63,274 nt of DNA, filler included, from Rhabdomonas costata (GCA_019059605.1; 45 parts of 45 records of this genome joined end to end with filler, not necessarily neighbours in it), one strand, 5' to 3'. Counted from the first letter of the whole stretch, positions 39,547 to 52,867 are shown. Notes: a model not told the origin generated them from the letters alone. Program-made: numbers and translations.

Positions 39547-40720
39547 GCTGCCAGAGCTCCAGTTTTATGGCTCCTCGGGGCGCGCAGAGGCTGAGGAAAT
39601 CTTCAGGGTTTTTGTTCTGGTGTGTGTGTGTGTGCGCGCGCGCACGCGCGTTTCGATATGCAGCCGTCAAAAAAAGTTGACTCATGTGTTCCCTACCTTT
39701 TTTCGTGTGTGCGTGTGTTTGCCCATTCTGCTACTTCGGTTGCCCACACAAGCAGGAAGCCGTTTTTTTGCAGTAGATCGCCACAGCATATCCACCCATG
39801 CCCACAGGCGCTGGAGCTGGTGCAAGAGTTGGTCGGCTTTTGGAAAACTGTCACTTGCTCCCTGACGTACTCAGCACTCCTTGGTTCCTTATATGGCGGA
39901 GATGTGCGGGTGTTATTTTTAACCAATCTTGGAAGGCCAAAACTGCCAGAGAAATGCGTTGGCTGAAGGATGGGCTACTTGGATTTCTGCCCGCAGAGTA
40001 CCGTGCCTTGCCCTTTGTATCCATTGTGTCTTTGCATCTTCGGGGGGGGGGTGCGGAAGGCAAGCCATTTCCTCGCAACTACTGCCGCCACGTTAAGCTG
40101 TGTCCGGTGTCTGGCCTTACCCCATAGATCCGTCGCATGGAAGCCTCCGTGACGCAAGACTTCCTGCCCAAAATCATTGAGCTGCAGGGCCAAGTCGGGC
40201 AGCAGGTCTCATACGCATATTCTCTCTCACAAAAGCAAGCGCTCATTCACGCCAACAGCCGTTCCTGTTCATTTTTTGGCGTTGCCTTTGCCTCGCGGCA
40301 TCCTAACTGGAAAAATCTTCTGGGATTCATGCAACGTTTTCCAAGTGCAGAGCTCCCCTCCCCTCCCAATTCGTCAACACAGATTTGCAATGGTCCTATG
40401 AAAATGGACAAAGTGTTGAGAATTCTGTTTGTTCAAGGGATTTGAACGCGGTTACTGGGTGTCTCGGTGACCGCAGTAAAGTGCCCGCAAAGGCTCAGCG
40501 ATGACTTTGCCTGTACCACGCAGCTGTCGCAAGCGCGCCTTTGTGTGGTCGCGCAAGAAAGATTTCCCCTCACTCACGTGCCTGTGCCCTCTATTCGCAG
40601 GTCTTGCTGATCCTGGAGCACTTCCAGAACTCCTCCTACGGGGTCCTCGCTGATGACGCCCTGGCCACGGCGCTGTACAACGCCGCCCCACCCAACAAGC
40701 CCTCCTCTGGGCTGGGCAAG
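39547..40720 (+). CDS. Hypothetical protein, about five short exons
   Basis: GC3-rich AG-preceded exons (LPELQFYG..., ALELVQEL, AKTAREMRWLK, IRRMEASVTQDFLPKIIELQG, VLLILEHFQNSSYG...); some donors are ambiguous. Confidence 0.6.
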
Positions 40721-43700
40721 GAGTCTCACCCCTAACCCACACCNNNNNNNNNNNNNNNNNNNNNNNNNNNNNNNNNNNNNNNNNNNNTTAATTAATTAAN
40801 NNNNNNNNNNNNNNNNNNNNNNNNNNNNNNNNNNNNNNNNNNNGTGGGGGTGGGGGTGATGCGGGTTTTTCAAGTATGGTCTGACCTCCCGGATAACCAA
40901 AGCTGCCTGCCTTCTAGATTTATGCATCGAATCGAAAACTTGCCAGTAGCGTTATCCTAGGGTTGGGATCAGGGTTGGGGTTAGCTAGTGTTCTTGGTGA
41001 CCTCCAACTAACCCTGAAAGCCTCAGTGTAACCCCAACCCCGGTCTCAGCAGAGAAGGAGTAAGTGCGTTAGCCTCGACAATATGGTTGGAAAAAGTGAA
41101 AACACTGCACTTGTGTTTTCGTCTTGTGCTGGCATCTCTTCGGGCACGCTTTGTTGTTGTTGCTATCGGTTCCTGGACAGCGACCGATGCAAGAGTTGCT
41201 GGTCAGCTTTGCTTGTGGAGCACCTTCTAATCAGCCATTTAATAGAGTATGACGTGGGCGACTGATTGATGTGTGTCTCCCAGGGATGGTCCTTGTTTCC
41301 GCCCCTCCGTGGGTCTCTGACTTGGACCGCGCCAACGCGTTGGCGATGGAGTACAGAATCAGGTCTGTTTGCTTCATGAACGTTTTCTCCCCATTGGCGT
41401 ATTATGTTGTCGTCTCCTTGGGGGTAACGGCATATCTGTGGATCGGAGGAATATTTTTCTGCGTTTCAAGTGTCTAAAAAAGCACAGGCAACCTTTTATG
41501 AAAACGTACAGTTATTGCTCGACTCCAAGATTCCACACCAAGCAACATAAAGCAAAAAGGGGCATATGTCCTTCCCTCCTCCTCCACCCCCTTCAAGTTT
41601 CTTTTTGCCCCTCTACCACCACCACCCTGGTTCCACACAGCTTTTGTCATTAACATGAGAGTATCTGTTGACAGGTCGGAAAATGAAAGACCAGACATCA
41701 GGGGGAGAACTGAAGAGCCAAACGAAAAAGTGCCTCTTCCCCGTGCATGCATCCTGGGGCTCCCGCCCTCCCACACGTGCATCGCCTTCTAACCTCATGC
41801 AAATCTTTATCCCAAACATATCCTCAGCAACCTTACTGGTGCAATGGAAAGCCTCCACCCAGAGAACCCGTTTGCGAAGACTTCAAGATTTTTGTCTGGA
41901 AAAACCCTGCGACAGATCACTTCGAATAAAAGGACTGCAAAGAATTCAAATTCAAAGGAAAGCGGAAATGAAGAGACAAGAAGCCATTCGGTCAAGCAAA
42001 ATAAACATAAGCATTGGTGCGCTACACTATGCGCTCGCAATTTTCGCAAAATATGGATTTTTTAATACACGGCCCGTTTTCACCTCAGACTCCTTGTGTA
42101 CCCCTGGGGTACTCCGAGCAGGCTGCCAACCCCTGCAGCCTAACCAACCCCNNNNNNNNNNNNNNNNNNNNNNNNNNNNNNNNNNNNNNNNNNNNTTAAT
42201 TAATTAANNNNNNNNNNNNNNNNNNNNNNNNNNNNNNNNNNNNNNNNNNNNTGTGTTGGGTGTTTGGGGTTGGGTGTTCGGTCCTGTTTGCGTTTTGAAG
42301 TGTGGGTCTGGGTGTCAATGTGTGCGTATGAGGTGTTGGGGATGATTGATTGGTAATGTTCTAAGTGGTTTCTGCCGCTGATGTCTTTGGAAGTTTGGTT
42401 GCGTGTTCGGTTGCTGCGTTTGTTGTGCTGGGTGTACTGGTAGGCTTACGGTTCTGGTTGGGTCTGTTTGGTCTGCTGTTTGCATGGGTGGGTATTGTGT
42501 CGCTTTCTGTGTTCTGATTTCGGTGTTTGGTTTCTGTACTTCCGCCTAGGTTGTGGTGTGGCGTAGTACTGGTGCGGTTTTCGTGAAGTTGTGGTGTACG
42601 GGTTTGGAGCTTGTAGTGTGGGTGCGTAGTGTGTCTCGGTCTCGAAGCACTGTCTTTGGATGTATGGTGGTCGAAATGGAGCTTATGTGTAATGGTTGGC
42701 GGTGCTGGTGTGGTGCGTAAATTTTGGTGTATGCTTCAGGTTTGCTGAGTGGGTTTAGTGTGGTGGCTTCCTGTGTGTTGTGTTCCACTGTTGCAATCGT
42801 GACTTTTGTTGTGGGTCTTGCTGTTGTGTTAGTTTTAACATGGGTTATGGATGTGTACTTGGTGTTAACTTTGTTGGGTTGTGCGGGCACTGCGGTGCGT
42901 TTGGTGTGGCTGGTGATTTTTGCGGATGTGTTTTTCTTGGTTCAGTGTGGTGTTTGGTGCTTGTGTTGGAATTGAAGTGGTTGTTTGTCGCGGTTTTTGT
43001 TGCGTGGTTTTCTGTGTGTGATTAGTGGTAGGGTTCTGCGTTTGTTTATGTAGCTGTGGTGGATGGGCCTTCATGTTTCTGTTTGATTGACGGTCACACG
43101 GTAGTAGAGTAGTGATTATTCACGGTTTTGGGTCTTTATGTGTGTGTGTTTCAAGTTATGCGTCGCTTCCGGTTGGTTTGGTGTTGATTCATGTGCTGGG
43201 TTTGTTACAGGTGTTGCTTTTGGTTTCATTGGTGTTGCAGTGGGTTCATAGTGGTTTGTCTTCGGGGCTGTTGTGGGTGTACGGTTGCTCGTGTTTTGGA
43301 TATGTGGTAGGTCATTTGCATTTGTGCGCTGGGCTTGGACAAGGAGTGGTGTGCGTTGGTTTAGGTGGGTTTGACAAGAAGGTAGTTGAATACCAGGGCT
43401 AATAGAATGTGTGTGTTGTGATGTGGCTTCGGGGAATGTGGAGTTGTGGGATAGATGGTTCTTGACTTCGTTTCTTGTGTTCTCTCCAGTATTTCCACCT
43501 GTAGTCACACAAACTATAGGCTGTGACAAAACCACTCTAGCGTGGGTTGACCGAGTGTTNNNNNNNNNNNNNNNNNNNNNNNNNNNNNNNNNNNNNNNNN
43601 NNNTTAATTAATTAANNNNNNNNNNNNNNNNNNNNNNNNNNNNNNNNNNNNNNNNNNNNTTGTGGGTGGGTTTTGCCCATTTGCTGATGGGTGATACTGA

Positions 43701-44371
43701 AAGCAGGTTTCCCCGCGTAGGAAGGGTTGACACCGTGGTCCGTGGTCGGCGGTCCGTGTCGAAGGTGAAGGCGAGCCCTGCCTCCTTTTTATGATGTTCT
43801 TTAGACTGTTCTCTTTCGATTTGTAGCTGTATATGACTGTGTAGTAAGTGTGTGTAACGCGCCGTGGTTAAAAACTCTCAATTTACGGTGTAGCCTGCTA
43901 TGCGAAAGTATGCGACGAGCAGTGTGTTTGGCTATCCGCATTTTCCCAGAACTTATTGGTGCCCGCGGCTACAACAAAAGAACAGCTGTTTGCCCGTACT
44001 GCTACCCCGGGGAACGTGGTAAGAAAGACCCCAGAAAAGCATAATCGGCTCTTCCTCGGGTGTAAACAGACCTTTTTATGTTCACGGAACCCGGTTTTTG
44101 TAGATTTGACCTTTTCGGGAAGGTCTGCTGTTGACCCGGTTATTCGTTTTTATCCCCTGGGTCCGTTAGCAAAAAAAATGCAAGGCTAGTAACACCCCGA
44201 AACTGAGAATTTAGTATGCGTCATTTCGAACAGAAGCCTTTTTAGCCTATATTTATGCTCGTGGTCCTTCGCGGCATCCTGTGGTGTGCCGTGGTTAAAA
44301 ACTCTGTTTACCGTGTAGCCTGCTATATGTGTGCGGTTGCGCACGAACAGCGCCCGACGACAACGCAGCAG

Positions 44372-44518
44372 TCGTGCATCCGAATTCTGCGGAGCCTTAA
44401 GCAGGTCAAGAGGTACATCCCCCAGGCCGTGCTGACGCAGCTGCAAGGGGACGACGATGGCGAGGACGACGATAATGAGGAGAAGGATTTACACCCGTCC
44501 GGCAAAGAGGACGAGCAG
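44372..44518 (+). CDS. Exon resembling the post-HAMP linker of protist receptor-type nucleotide cyclases
   Basis: ILRSLKQVKRYIPQAVL followed by an acidic linker; CAG/GT bounded. No catalytic domain is in the contig. Confidence 0.55.
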
Positions 44519-45294
44519 GTTCACCCCCCTCACACCTTTGATTGCCACCTTCTGGGGTAAACGCTTTCTGTAATGGTCTCTTGGCCTGCGGCTCTCTCGC
44601 ACACACCACACACTTTCTCTCTGTTTTGGAATGGGAAAGTGGAAATGGAGGTGCCAGTTTGGTGGTGTCCGCTTGTTTTTACCCTCCCCCCCCAAAAAAA
44701 AATCTTCATGTGCTCATCACTTAGACTGCTCTATTTGTGTGAATATGTTTTCCTTGCGGGCTGAACGAGGGTTCATGTTTCAATCTGTTGGGAGAGTGAC
44801 CACCAGAGAACCGATTTCCTGTGAAGACAGGGAGAGTGAGTGAGGGATGAGGGAGGGAGGGAGCGAGTGAGTGCTTATGAGTGCCATTTTCCTCCTTTTA
44901 CCCAAAAACCCCAAAGAAATGTACCCCAGTGCTGGAGGTCGGATGAGATAGAATTTCAGGATGGACTTNNNNNNNNNNNNNNNNNNNNNNNNNNNNNNNN
45001 NNNNNNNNNNNNTTAATTAATTAANNNNNNNNNNNNNNNNNNNNNNNNNNNNNNNNNNNNNNNNNNNNGGTGGGTGGTCGCTGAGAGGCACTCCGTACCC
45101 CCTTGGCCCAGTGCTGTAGAGGTCAGCACCGTGAGTGCCTCTCAGCGACCGAAAGCGCCACACCACGCACACGGGCACGTACGCATCACATAAGCCCAGA
45201 AGGCAAGGACATAAGCCCAGGGCCCAAAGAACGCATAACACGCCCAAAACCCAAGCGTCAACGTTTGCAGTGCTTGGGGCCTTGGGAACTTCAG

Positions 45295-45756
45295 CGGAAA
45301 AGAAAAGATTCGGTTGTGGACACTCACCCTTCGTTGCGAACCCCTGGTTCAGGTATCCTGCGTTAATGAGCAAGCACAACTGCGACTATAGCACATGTCC
45401 AAAGGGGAACCAAGCACACACACACTCTCACTGTGTATGTGTGGCATTGGACTAGGCGATGCAGCCACGTTCGACGAGCGGAAGTCCTTCGAGCTTCTGG
45501 AGAAGAACATCGAGCTGTACGAGAAGCAGACCTCCTTTCCATACTCCGCGCTGCAGCGCAATGTGCTGTACGGGCTGCGCAGCCCCGCCTCCGTTCTGTT
45601 CGAAGGATTCCCTGCGCCGCCGTTTTGGAGCGACGAGGGCGTCCCCACCGCCACCGCTGGGGAGGCAGGGCAGGGCACAGGGGAGGTCTGCCTGGAGGAG
45701 TATCCTGACTACCCCTACGATTACAGGACACGGGTCATCGCCTGCCAGAACGCTCG
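45295..45756 (+). CDS. Hypothetical protein (exons 45295-45352 and 45456-45756)
   Basis: Phase-1 GT-AG intron; strongly GC3-biased 301-nt exon (FDERKSFELLEKNIELYEKQ...). Confidence 0.7.
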
Positions 45757-48123
45757 GTGTGTGCACACAACAACTACACTGCCGCAGTGGAAGGGCGGGT
45801 GTGCGGGTTCACATTTCCATCGTTGTTTTGTATATCGCATGGATTACGACTACTGTATTCTCGTGGCGTTCTTGACGGACATGCACCCCTCTCCACTATC
45901 TAACGGAGATGCATCCCCAGGTTCCTAGGCGTTCACAGAAGGAATCGGCACCCCTAATACTTCTAATGAAACAAAGAATAGCGAATTCAGTGCGGCAGCA
46001 TCGAAATGGTACCCCTACGTACTTGGGAATATTTTGCATTCGTGCATGGAGTTGGAGTTGTACCCGCTCTGCACTTCGGATGGGGACTACTTGCGGCGAA
46101 GCGGAGCGGTGCTCGTGGCCGCCCCAGTCACATTCGGTACGGTATGGTGCGACAGTCTCAAGGTCGTCCTTGGAGTGGTGCATCCGCTGTGCCCCATAAG
46201 TTGTGAAGTGGTGATGAAGTCCCCGGCAGTTGCAGCGAAGCCCGCAGCAGTTGCAAAACCGCAGCCAGCTTCAAAGCCCCTGCTAAAACTACCACCGAAA
46301 GCCATTATTCCGATGACCAGCAGTTGGCTCCATCGTAAAGGGCTAGTCTGTCCCCCAACACCCACCAAACCCAAAANNNNNNNNNNNNNNNNNNNNNNNN
46401 NNNNNNNNNNNNNNNNNNNNTTAATTAATTAANNNNNNNNNNNNNNNNNNNNNNNNNNNNNNNNNNNNNNNNNNNNGTGTTGGGTGTGGTTGGGGTTGTG
46501 GGGGGGGGAGTGCCGGAAATGAAACGCAGGAAACGGAGGAGCTCATGAACGCAACGAAGCCATCAACGTCTTTGCTGTGGCGAAGCGACTCCTCACAGAC
46601 AATGCCCCCTATGCTGGAAAACATGGAAAACATTATTCTCCGGCGAATCGAGGCCGGACTTCTGGTTAGTAGCTTGACTCCAGCCAAGAACAGTAGAATG
46701 CGATTGCGATTGCGATTGCAACGGGAAAAGCAATGAGGAACAGTGGCCATGCCATCGCATTTACCAGAGGATGCAGACGACCTCCACCTACGCCAAAGCA
46801 TTTGCCCGACACAGCACCTACAGTCTAACACAGAGGTGATGATTGAGTGATCACGTTGGTGAAGGTGGGCGAGCTAACATTGAAATGATCATGAGCTAAC
46901 ATTTAAACAAAGCGGGAAGTAAAGTTGCCAATAGCTGGGGCGGGATTCATGGGAAATTGCTTTGTCATTTAAACCCCGTCAGCAGACTCCTGCCTACAAA
47001 GCGAACCCTGCTTGGTAGTTTCCCGGAAAAAATGCCAAGACCGAACTGCACAAAAATCACACCACCCTCGCTCAAAGCCACACGGGAGCACAGTGCAAAG
47101 CCTGAGGAGGTTCTTGGGGGAAGCGGGCACAGCGGGCGGTAAAAACGGGAGCCAGGAAGGGAACGGAAGTATACCATCTCACCCCATCCCAAGCCCCCAA
47201 TCTTCCGCAGCATTCGGTGTTCCCACCCCGCTATAACCCCGTCCACAGACAGACACAGGCAAAGGGGTTGGGCCCATTCTTCAGAATTCCACAGCGAAAA
47301 AACCGCCACAATAAAAAGTCTGAGAAGGAGCCAAAGGAGAGGAATCATATATACCTTCTCCACATCCCCCCTGCATCCAAAACCCACTCACTAACCCCCC
47401 CCCTCCTTCACGTCTTCTTTCCAGTCATTCAGGAAAAGGAGCGCGGTGACTTTAGGGCTGAGCATTGAGCTCCTTCATGACCTCCAGGTAGCGTTGCTGT
47501 CACAAGACGGGAGGGAGGGGGATGAATGGATTGAAGTGCGCAACGCGTGGAAGTGCCGTCCGTCCAAAAGCAGGATGAGAACAGATGCAAAACAAGGCGG
47601 CATACATAAAAAGGGATGAGAAAACTCCAAGCTGATTGATTGCAACCATCGCTCCGCCAGACATGTGTCCCAGCGCTCCGAATGAAATAACCCAAACGAG
47701 AACTGACAACTGATCTTATCTGAAGCTAACTGCCAGCAACTTCAGAACGGGGTGGGCATGCCTTGATGGCATCAATGTGGTACANNNNNNNNNNNNNNNN
47801 NNNNNNNNNNNNNNNNNNNNNNNNNNNNTTAATTAATTAANNNNNNNNNNNNNNNNNNNNNNNNNNNNNNNNNNNNNNNNNNNNAAGCGTATTTCATGGC
47901 TCTGTTCCCACAGAGCGTACAGTAAAGCTTCGGACCGGAAAACTCTAAAATGGCTGAAGAACATGATGAACTGCTTACAAAAAGTAGTCCTCGGCAGAAA
48001 GAAAAGAGCAACATACGCACAAACGCACAGACACACACCATGGCGACTTCCAAAAATATCGCCGGGGAGTATTCCATTTGCGCAGATCAGCCAGGCTCCA
48101 GCCCTGCGAACATTGTGGTGTAC

Positions 48124-48274
48124 CCACGTCACTGCGCCCGCCAAGGACAGACCGTGCAGTGGGGGACCGCAGTGGAGTTGGGGCGGGGACGGGTACGGGA
48201 CTCCGGCCACAGGCCGCAAAGAGCAGCACCACAGCGGTCAAGGCAAGCCCTAGCACAGCACGAAAAGGCCGCAT
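48124..48274 (-). CDS. Possible first exon of a secreted or signal-anchored protein
   Basis: MRPFRAVLGLALTAVVLLFAACG is signal-peptide-like, with an upstream pyrimidine tract and CAG and a G|GTAC donor. Confidence 0.35.
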
Positions 48275-48613
48275 CCCCACAACAGCACTACTACAGCACT
48301 GCGAAGGGCAGGCATGGGGACGCCCCTGCGGCACCAAGGGCGGAAAAGGCCAGCATACGTTAAAAGATTCCACTGGGAAAGGCAAAAAAAAAAAAGCAAA
48401 ACGCAAAAAAGCAAACGAAAGGCGAAAGGCAGTCAACCACGGAACTCAGGAGCGCACACAGCAAACACAAAACGCAACATCAATGGGGCCTCGTCAGCTT
48501 AGCACGATTCGCTACAAAACCAAACTTGGTGGGCCACCGAGGTATCGCATTGCCATCCGGAACCCCTCTCCGTACGCTGCCTTGGGAAGTTCAGGAGTCC
48601 CATTGTGCGGCGA

Positions 48614-48648
48614 GGAAGTGGAAGTGGAAGTGGAAGTGGAAGTGGAAG
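48614..48648 (+). repeat. (GGAAGT)n hexamer microsatellite
   Basis: About six tandem copies are visible. Confidence 0.9.
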
Positions 48649-50699
48649 AACCAACCGCCATATTACCAGGCATTAAGAAGCAGGTGCAAGAGTCAGGTAT
48701 GTTTTCCTTGGGACTCTGCTTAAGGACCCTTGAACGCGTGCTGACCCTCTCAATAACGCCTAAGTTTGTCGCACCCAAATCACTGACCTTTACCAACTAA
48801 AAACACAAATTTGCCCAATATTCGAACCTCAGGTTTCACCCTGCCTTGATCACAACGTGAGAGAAGAAGCTTCCGACAAGAGGCAAAGGCTCGTAGTTGA
48901 CAGGGAACTCAAGGGGAGTGAAGGGGTGGGGGAGATGATGTACAGGGAAACGAGACATTGAGATTGAGACCAAGATTGTGAGAGATGGTGGGTGTGTCCG
49001 TGAAGGAAAGAGAAGAGCTACGAGAAAGGAAAGGGACAGGAGGCAGTGAGCTGTGCTGAGAAGAGCACAACAAAGCCTATGGAGCCTCAAAACTCAAGCT
49101 CTACCACCACTCCTCCCCGCCCCCGGAAGCCCAAACCTCAGAGATCGGGGCCCCCGACAGCGATACCACAGGAGAGCAGAAAAGCACCAGGANNNNNNNN
49201 NNNNNNNNNNNNNNNNNNNNNNNNNNNNNNNNNNNNTTAATTAATTAANNNNNNNNNNNNNNNNNNNNNNNNNNNNNNNNNNNNNNNNNNNNTTGTTGTG
49301 GGACTGTTTGCGGCACACAAACTGGAACTGAAAACTACTGGTTGGATAGGTTTCGGGGGAGGGTACTCATCTGCCTTCCCACCCCAAGTATCAGTGTTCT
49401 GAGGGAATTTGGCTGCGGGTTGGGAAAGCCACAATCTCCACACGGACACATGCCGTGTCGACACTCCGAGGAATGAGCAAGCAAGCGCTGGTATCTTGAA
49501 GCTTGGTATCGATGAGCACCACACACACACACACACACTGCAATTGCAAGCTGCGGAGACAGCAACGAGAAATGGCTGGGAATTGAATCCGTTCACTGCC
49601 TGCTGATGGTGGGGTCAGCTTCTCTCCCTCCCTCTGCAGGGTATGGTCGGAGCCTCCAGGCTACGGTGGGTTCGTGCGTGAGTCAGTTGAGCCTCACGCC
49701 CCCCGCGATGCGAAATATTGAGACCCATCTGGCGGCAATGGAGCAGACCCTAAGTCCGCATCCCTCATCTCTGTCCCATCCCTCCTTATTCTCACCTTTC
49801 TCATCTTTCTCAGCTATTTTTCTGACAAACCCAAAGGCAGTAAAAATAAACCAACCCCAATTCCCTGTGACAGCCTTCAAGTGACTTTGCGAAAGCATTT
49901 ATCATGATGACAAAATGACATTCTTGCCTGCCGCCCATAAAACCTATAAACGGATGTCATTGTGCGCGCAAGTTTGAAGAAGCGTGCCATTTTACCCCGC
50001 TGTCTTTTCCGCTTTGAATTGAATTGAATTGAATTGAAGGGTTATGGCTTTTTCTCAGCGATGGTTCGGGGCGAGCTTGCCAAGTGGTCACGCTACGGGT
50101 ATTCTTCGCATTTCTTCGCTCCGATGTGTTTGCTTTATGTCTTTTTGGTTCTAAGCTTCGGATTTGACTCTGTTTGATTGTTGAGTTTTGAGCACTTCAT
50201 TGCCCGTACTTCTTCGGGCTCCGTGTGCGATGCTCAGGAAGTACAGTGGAGGCTCACTTCTGAAACTTTGGATTCGGCGTTTGCAGGCCACTGCTGAACT
50301 CTGAGGCCTCACAAGCTGCCAAGGCGACTTTGGATTACTTTGAGTCCTTCGCTCCCTTTGCGGTACTGGCTCTTCTGTTATTTCCATGTGGTGTTAAGAC
50401 TAACCTGGCGCCATGATGCTGCGGAGCGCGATCCGCAAATGCCGTATGACGGCCTGAGGTGGAAGTTGTCATACAAAGCCATTTCAAATATTCGGTCTCA
50501 GCATTGATTTTCATTGTCCCAGAGCAGAATTTAGCAGGACAGATGCGTCGCTTTAACTCCCGTCTCTCCACCTCCTTCCTTTTCAGTTACACAACCCCCN
50601 NNNNNNNNNNNNNNNNNNNNNNNNNNNNNNNNNNNNNNNNNNNTTAATTAATTAANNNNNNNNNNNNNNNNNNNNNNNNNNNNNNNNNNNNNNNNNNNN

Positions 50700-51195
50700 G
50701 GGTTGGTGGTGACAACCAGATCGGTTCTTCAGGAATGCAGGCATTTGCTGCCTCATCTGTTTTTTTTTCCGAACTCACGTCCTTCATTGCGTGTGACAAC
50801 AACATCGCAGATGCAGAACTGCACGCTCTTGCCGCTTCTAGGTTCTTTCAGAACCTGGCGACCTTGGAATTGGGAAGTAATCAACTTAGTGCTGAGGGTA
50901 TGCAGGCCCTTGCAGTTTCTCCTTTCCCAAACTCACGTCCTTGGTTTTGGGTCAGAACGAGATTGGGTCTGCAGGAATGCAAGCGCTTGCGGCTTCATCA
51001 AAATTTCCCAACCTCACATTCTTGGACGTGCATCAGAAAAAGATCGGGAATGAAGGGATTGCGGCAGTTTCCGCTTCGCCTTCCTTTCCCAAACTTGCGT
51101 CCTTAGTTGTGTTCGACAACGACATTGACGCTGCAGGAATGCACGCACTTGCCATGTCATCGTTCTTTCCGAATCTCACGTCCATCGAGGAGTGA
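50700..51195 (+). pseudogene. Intronless 28-aa leucine-rich-repeat protein C-terminus with a frameshift near 50928
   Basis: About six repeats of N.I...GMQALA.S..FP.LTSL.L; the frame switches from ORF 50735 to ORF 50941 at TTCCCAAACTCACG. A sequence error is also possible. Confidence 0.8.
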
Positions 51196-52109
51196 TTTGA
51201 TTTTTTCGGACGTTTAATGGTGTTGAACGTTTGACTGCGCCCCCCCCCCCTGCGAAATTACAGTGGTGCCAATGTACCATCATTACATCTCTACGCGTTG
51301 CTGAGGTATTTTAGGGGCGCGCACACGCACACGTCCACACATAAACACTCCTGGATGTGGCTGTGATTCACATTCCGATATGCCTTCACGGCTTTGTATC
51401 TTCACTGTCTACGGTTTTCGGTTTCGAGAGGACCTTTCCACGTGCATTCTTGAATTAAGCAGTGAGACTTTTGACACCAAATTTCCGCCTTCTCTTAAGC
51501 CAGAAGACTGTAAGAAGCTGTGCTAACCTAGGTATTGTGATCACCTCTGGGCGGTGCCAGTTTTGCAGGAGCCATCCTCCCAGCGCTCCGCATCCGAGCT
51601 TATCGGACTTATAGCGGGTCACTGTGCCGCAAATGTGAACCCTGTCGGTTCGTCCTGGAGACAGACCAGGGCATGCATCGTAAACTCGGGCGTGGGGGCG
51701 TTTTCGATGTTTTCGGGCACGAACGCACGCGCTCCCCTTCCTGTGAGTCTCCGCCTCCCGTTCTCCCGTTTTCACCTTCAGCCTTCACACTCCCCTCGTT
51801 TTCTTTTTTTAGGACTCGTTCTCGTTCTTCCACAGAAGTGACCTGTGATCTGAGGGCACTTGGGAATGCCCTTTTCGGATTAGGTTGACTGTGTGGTGTG
51901 GGCCAGTGAGGAAGAGAGAGAGAGAGCGGGAGAGCAACGGCGGCGCAATGCAGGGCTGCTGGGCCGCCGTTGCTCTCCCGCTCTCTCTCTCTCTTCCTCA
52001 CAACCCACCNNNNNNNNNNNNNNNNNNNNNNNNNNNNNNNNNNNNNNNNNNNNTTAATTAATTAANNNNNNNNNNNNNNNNNNNNNNNNNNNNNNNNNNN
52101 NNNNNNNNN

Positions 52110-52867
52110 ACTACAGCAACAGTAACCTGATCACCAATCCCCCTCCAATCGCCTCCTTCCAGAGATATAGTCCAGTCAACTCCACGGACCCCACCATTGC
52201 GGAGTGCGGGTGGTGGCTGAAGCGGAAGTTCATATCATGGGACGCGATCCCTGTGCTAGACACGGTTGTCCCCCTTCAGGGGGAGGACTACTGGCTCAGC
52301 ACTGCGGCGATTGTCACCGAGGTTTCGACCTTTCCTTTGCCCATGCCACTCGGTTATCCGCTCCCCTTTTCCCAGATTTTGAGGAATGGAAATGGGCAGA
52401 AGCTGCTCGCCGCACCCCGTGCCGAGCCAGTGGTTTCCTTTGGAGGTTCGCCTCTTAGACCGTGGTGGCTGTATAGTGTCAGCTGTTGTTTTTATCTGGT
52501 CCGAGATTGCCCGTCTTGTGATGAACAACCTTTTTTTTTTGCATGATGAAGGTCATGTAATTGGTCGAGGCGGAATAGTTTGAGCTTACGCCCGAAGCCA
52601 TTGTGGTCACCTGCAAGCTGTAAGTCCTCCGAATTGCTTTTTCAGTACGGGCTGCGGGTGACCCTGGTGCTTCTGGTGGACCGCGGCACTTTGATGGGCC
52701 CTATTGAGGCGAGCAAGGCCGCCACCCTTGACGATCTCAGCCGGGCCAACACGACCAACACTGTGGTGCTTGTAGTGGTTGTGTTGGGAGCGCTTGGGTT
52801 TGCGCTGCTGATCAGCTGGCTGCTGACGGTGTCGCTGTCGCGGCTGGCGGAAGGAATGGACCTGCTG
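52110..52867 (+). CDS. Membrane receptor fragment: extracellular Cache-like end, TM helix and HAMP start (exons 52110-52321 and 52646-52867)
   Basis: GEDYWLST...|YGLRVTLVLLVDR..LMGPIE, a long hydrophobic helix, then LTVSLSRLAEGMDLL; GT-AG intron. Typical of protist receptor cyclases (inference). Confidence 0.75.

Noticed and set aside
39860-40130. Apparent non-canonical (TA-AG or GT-AA) introns in this gene
   Set aside because: Frame-compatible canonical donors exist (TTG|GTCGGC and TTT|GTATCC), so nothing unusual is required.
48078-48800. Long ORF-track calls such as 48078-48800, 32518-33231, 22486-23130 and 55081-55767
   Set aside because: They are low-complexity, antisense or off-frame shadows of real exons in GC-rich DNA, with no domain signal.
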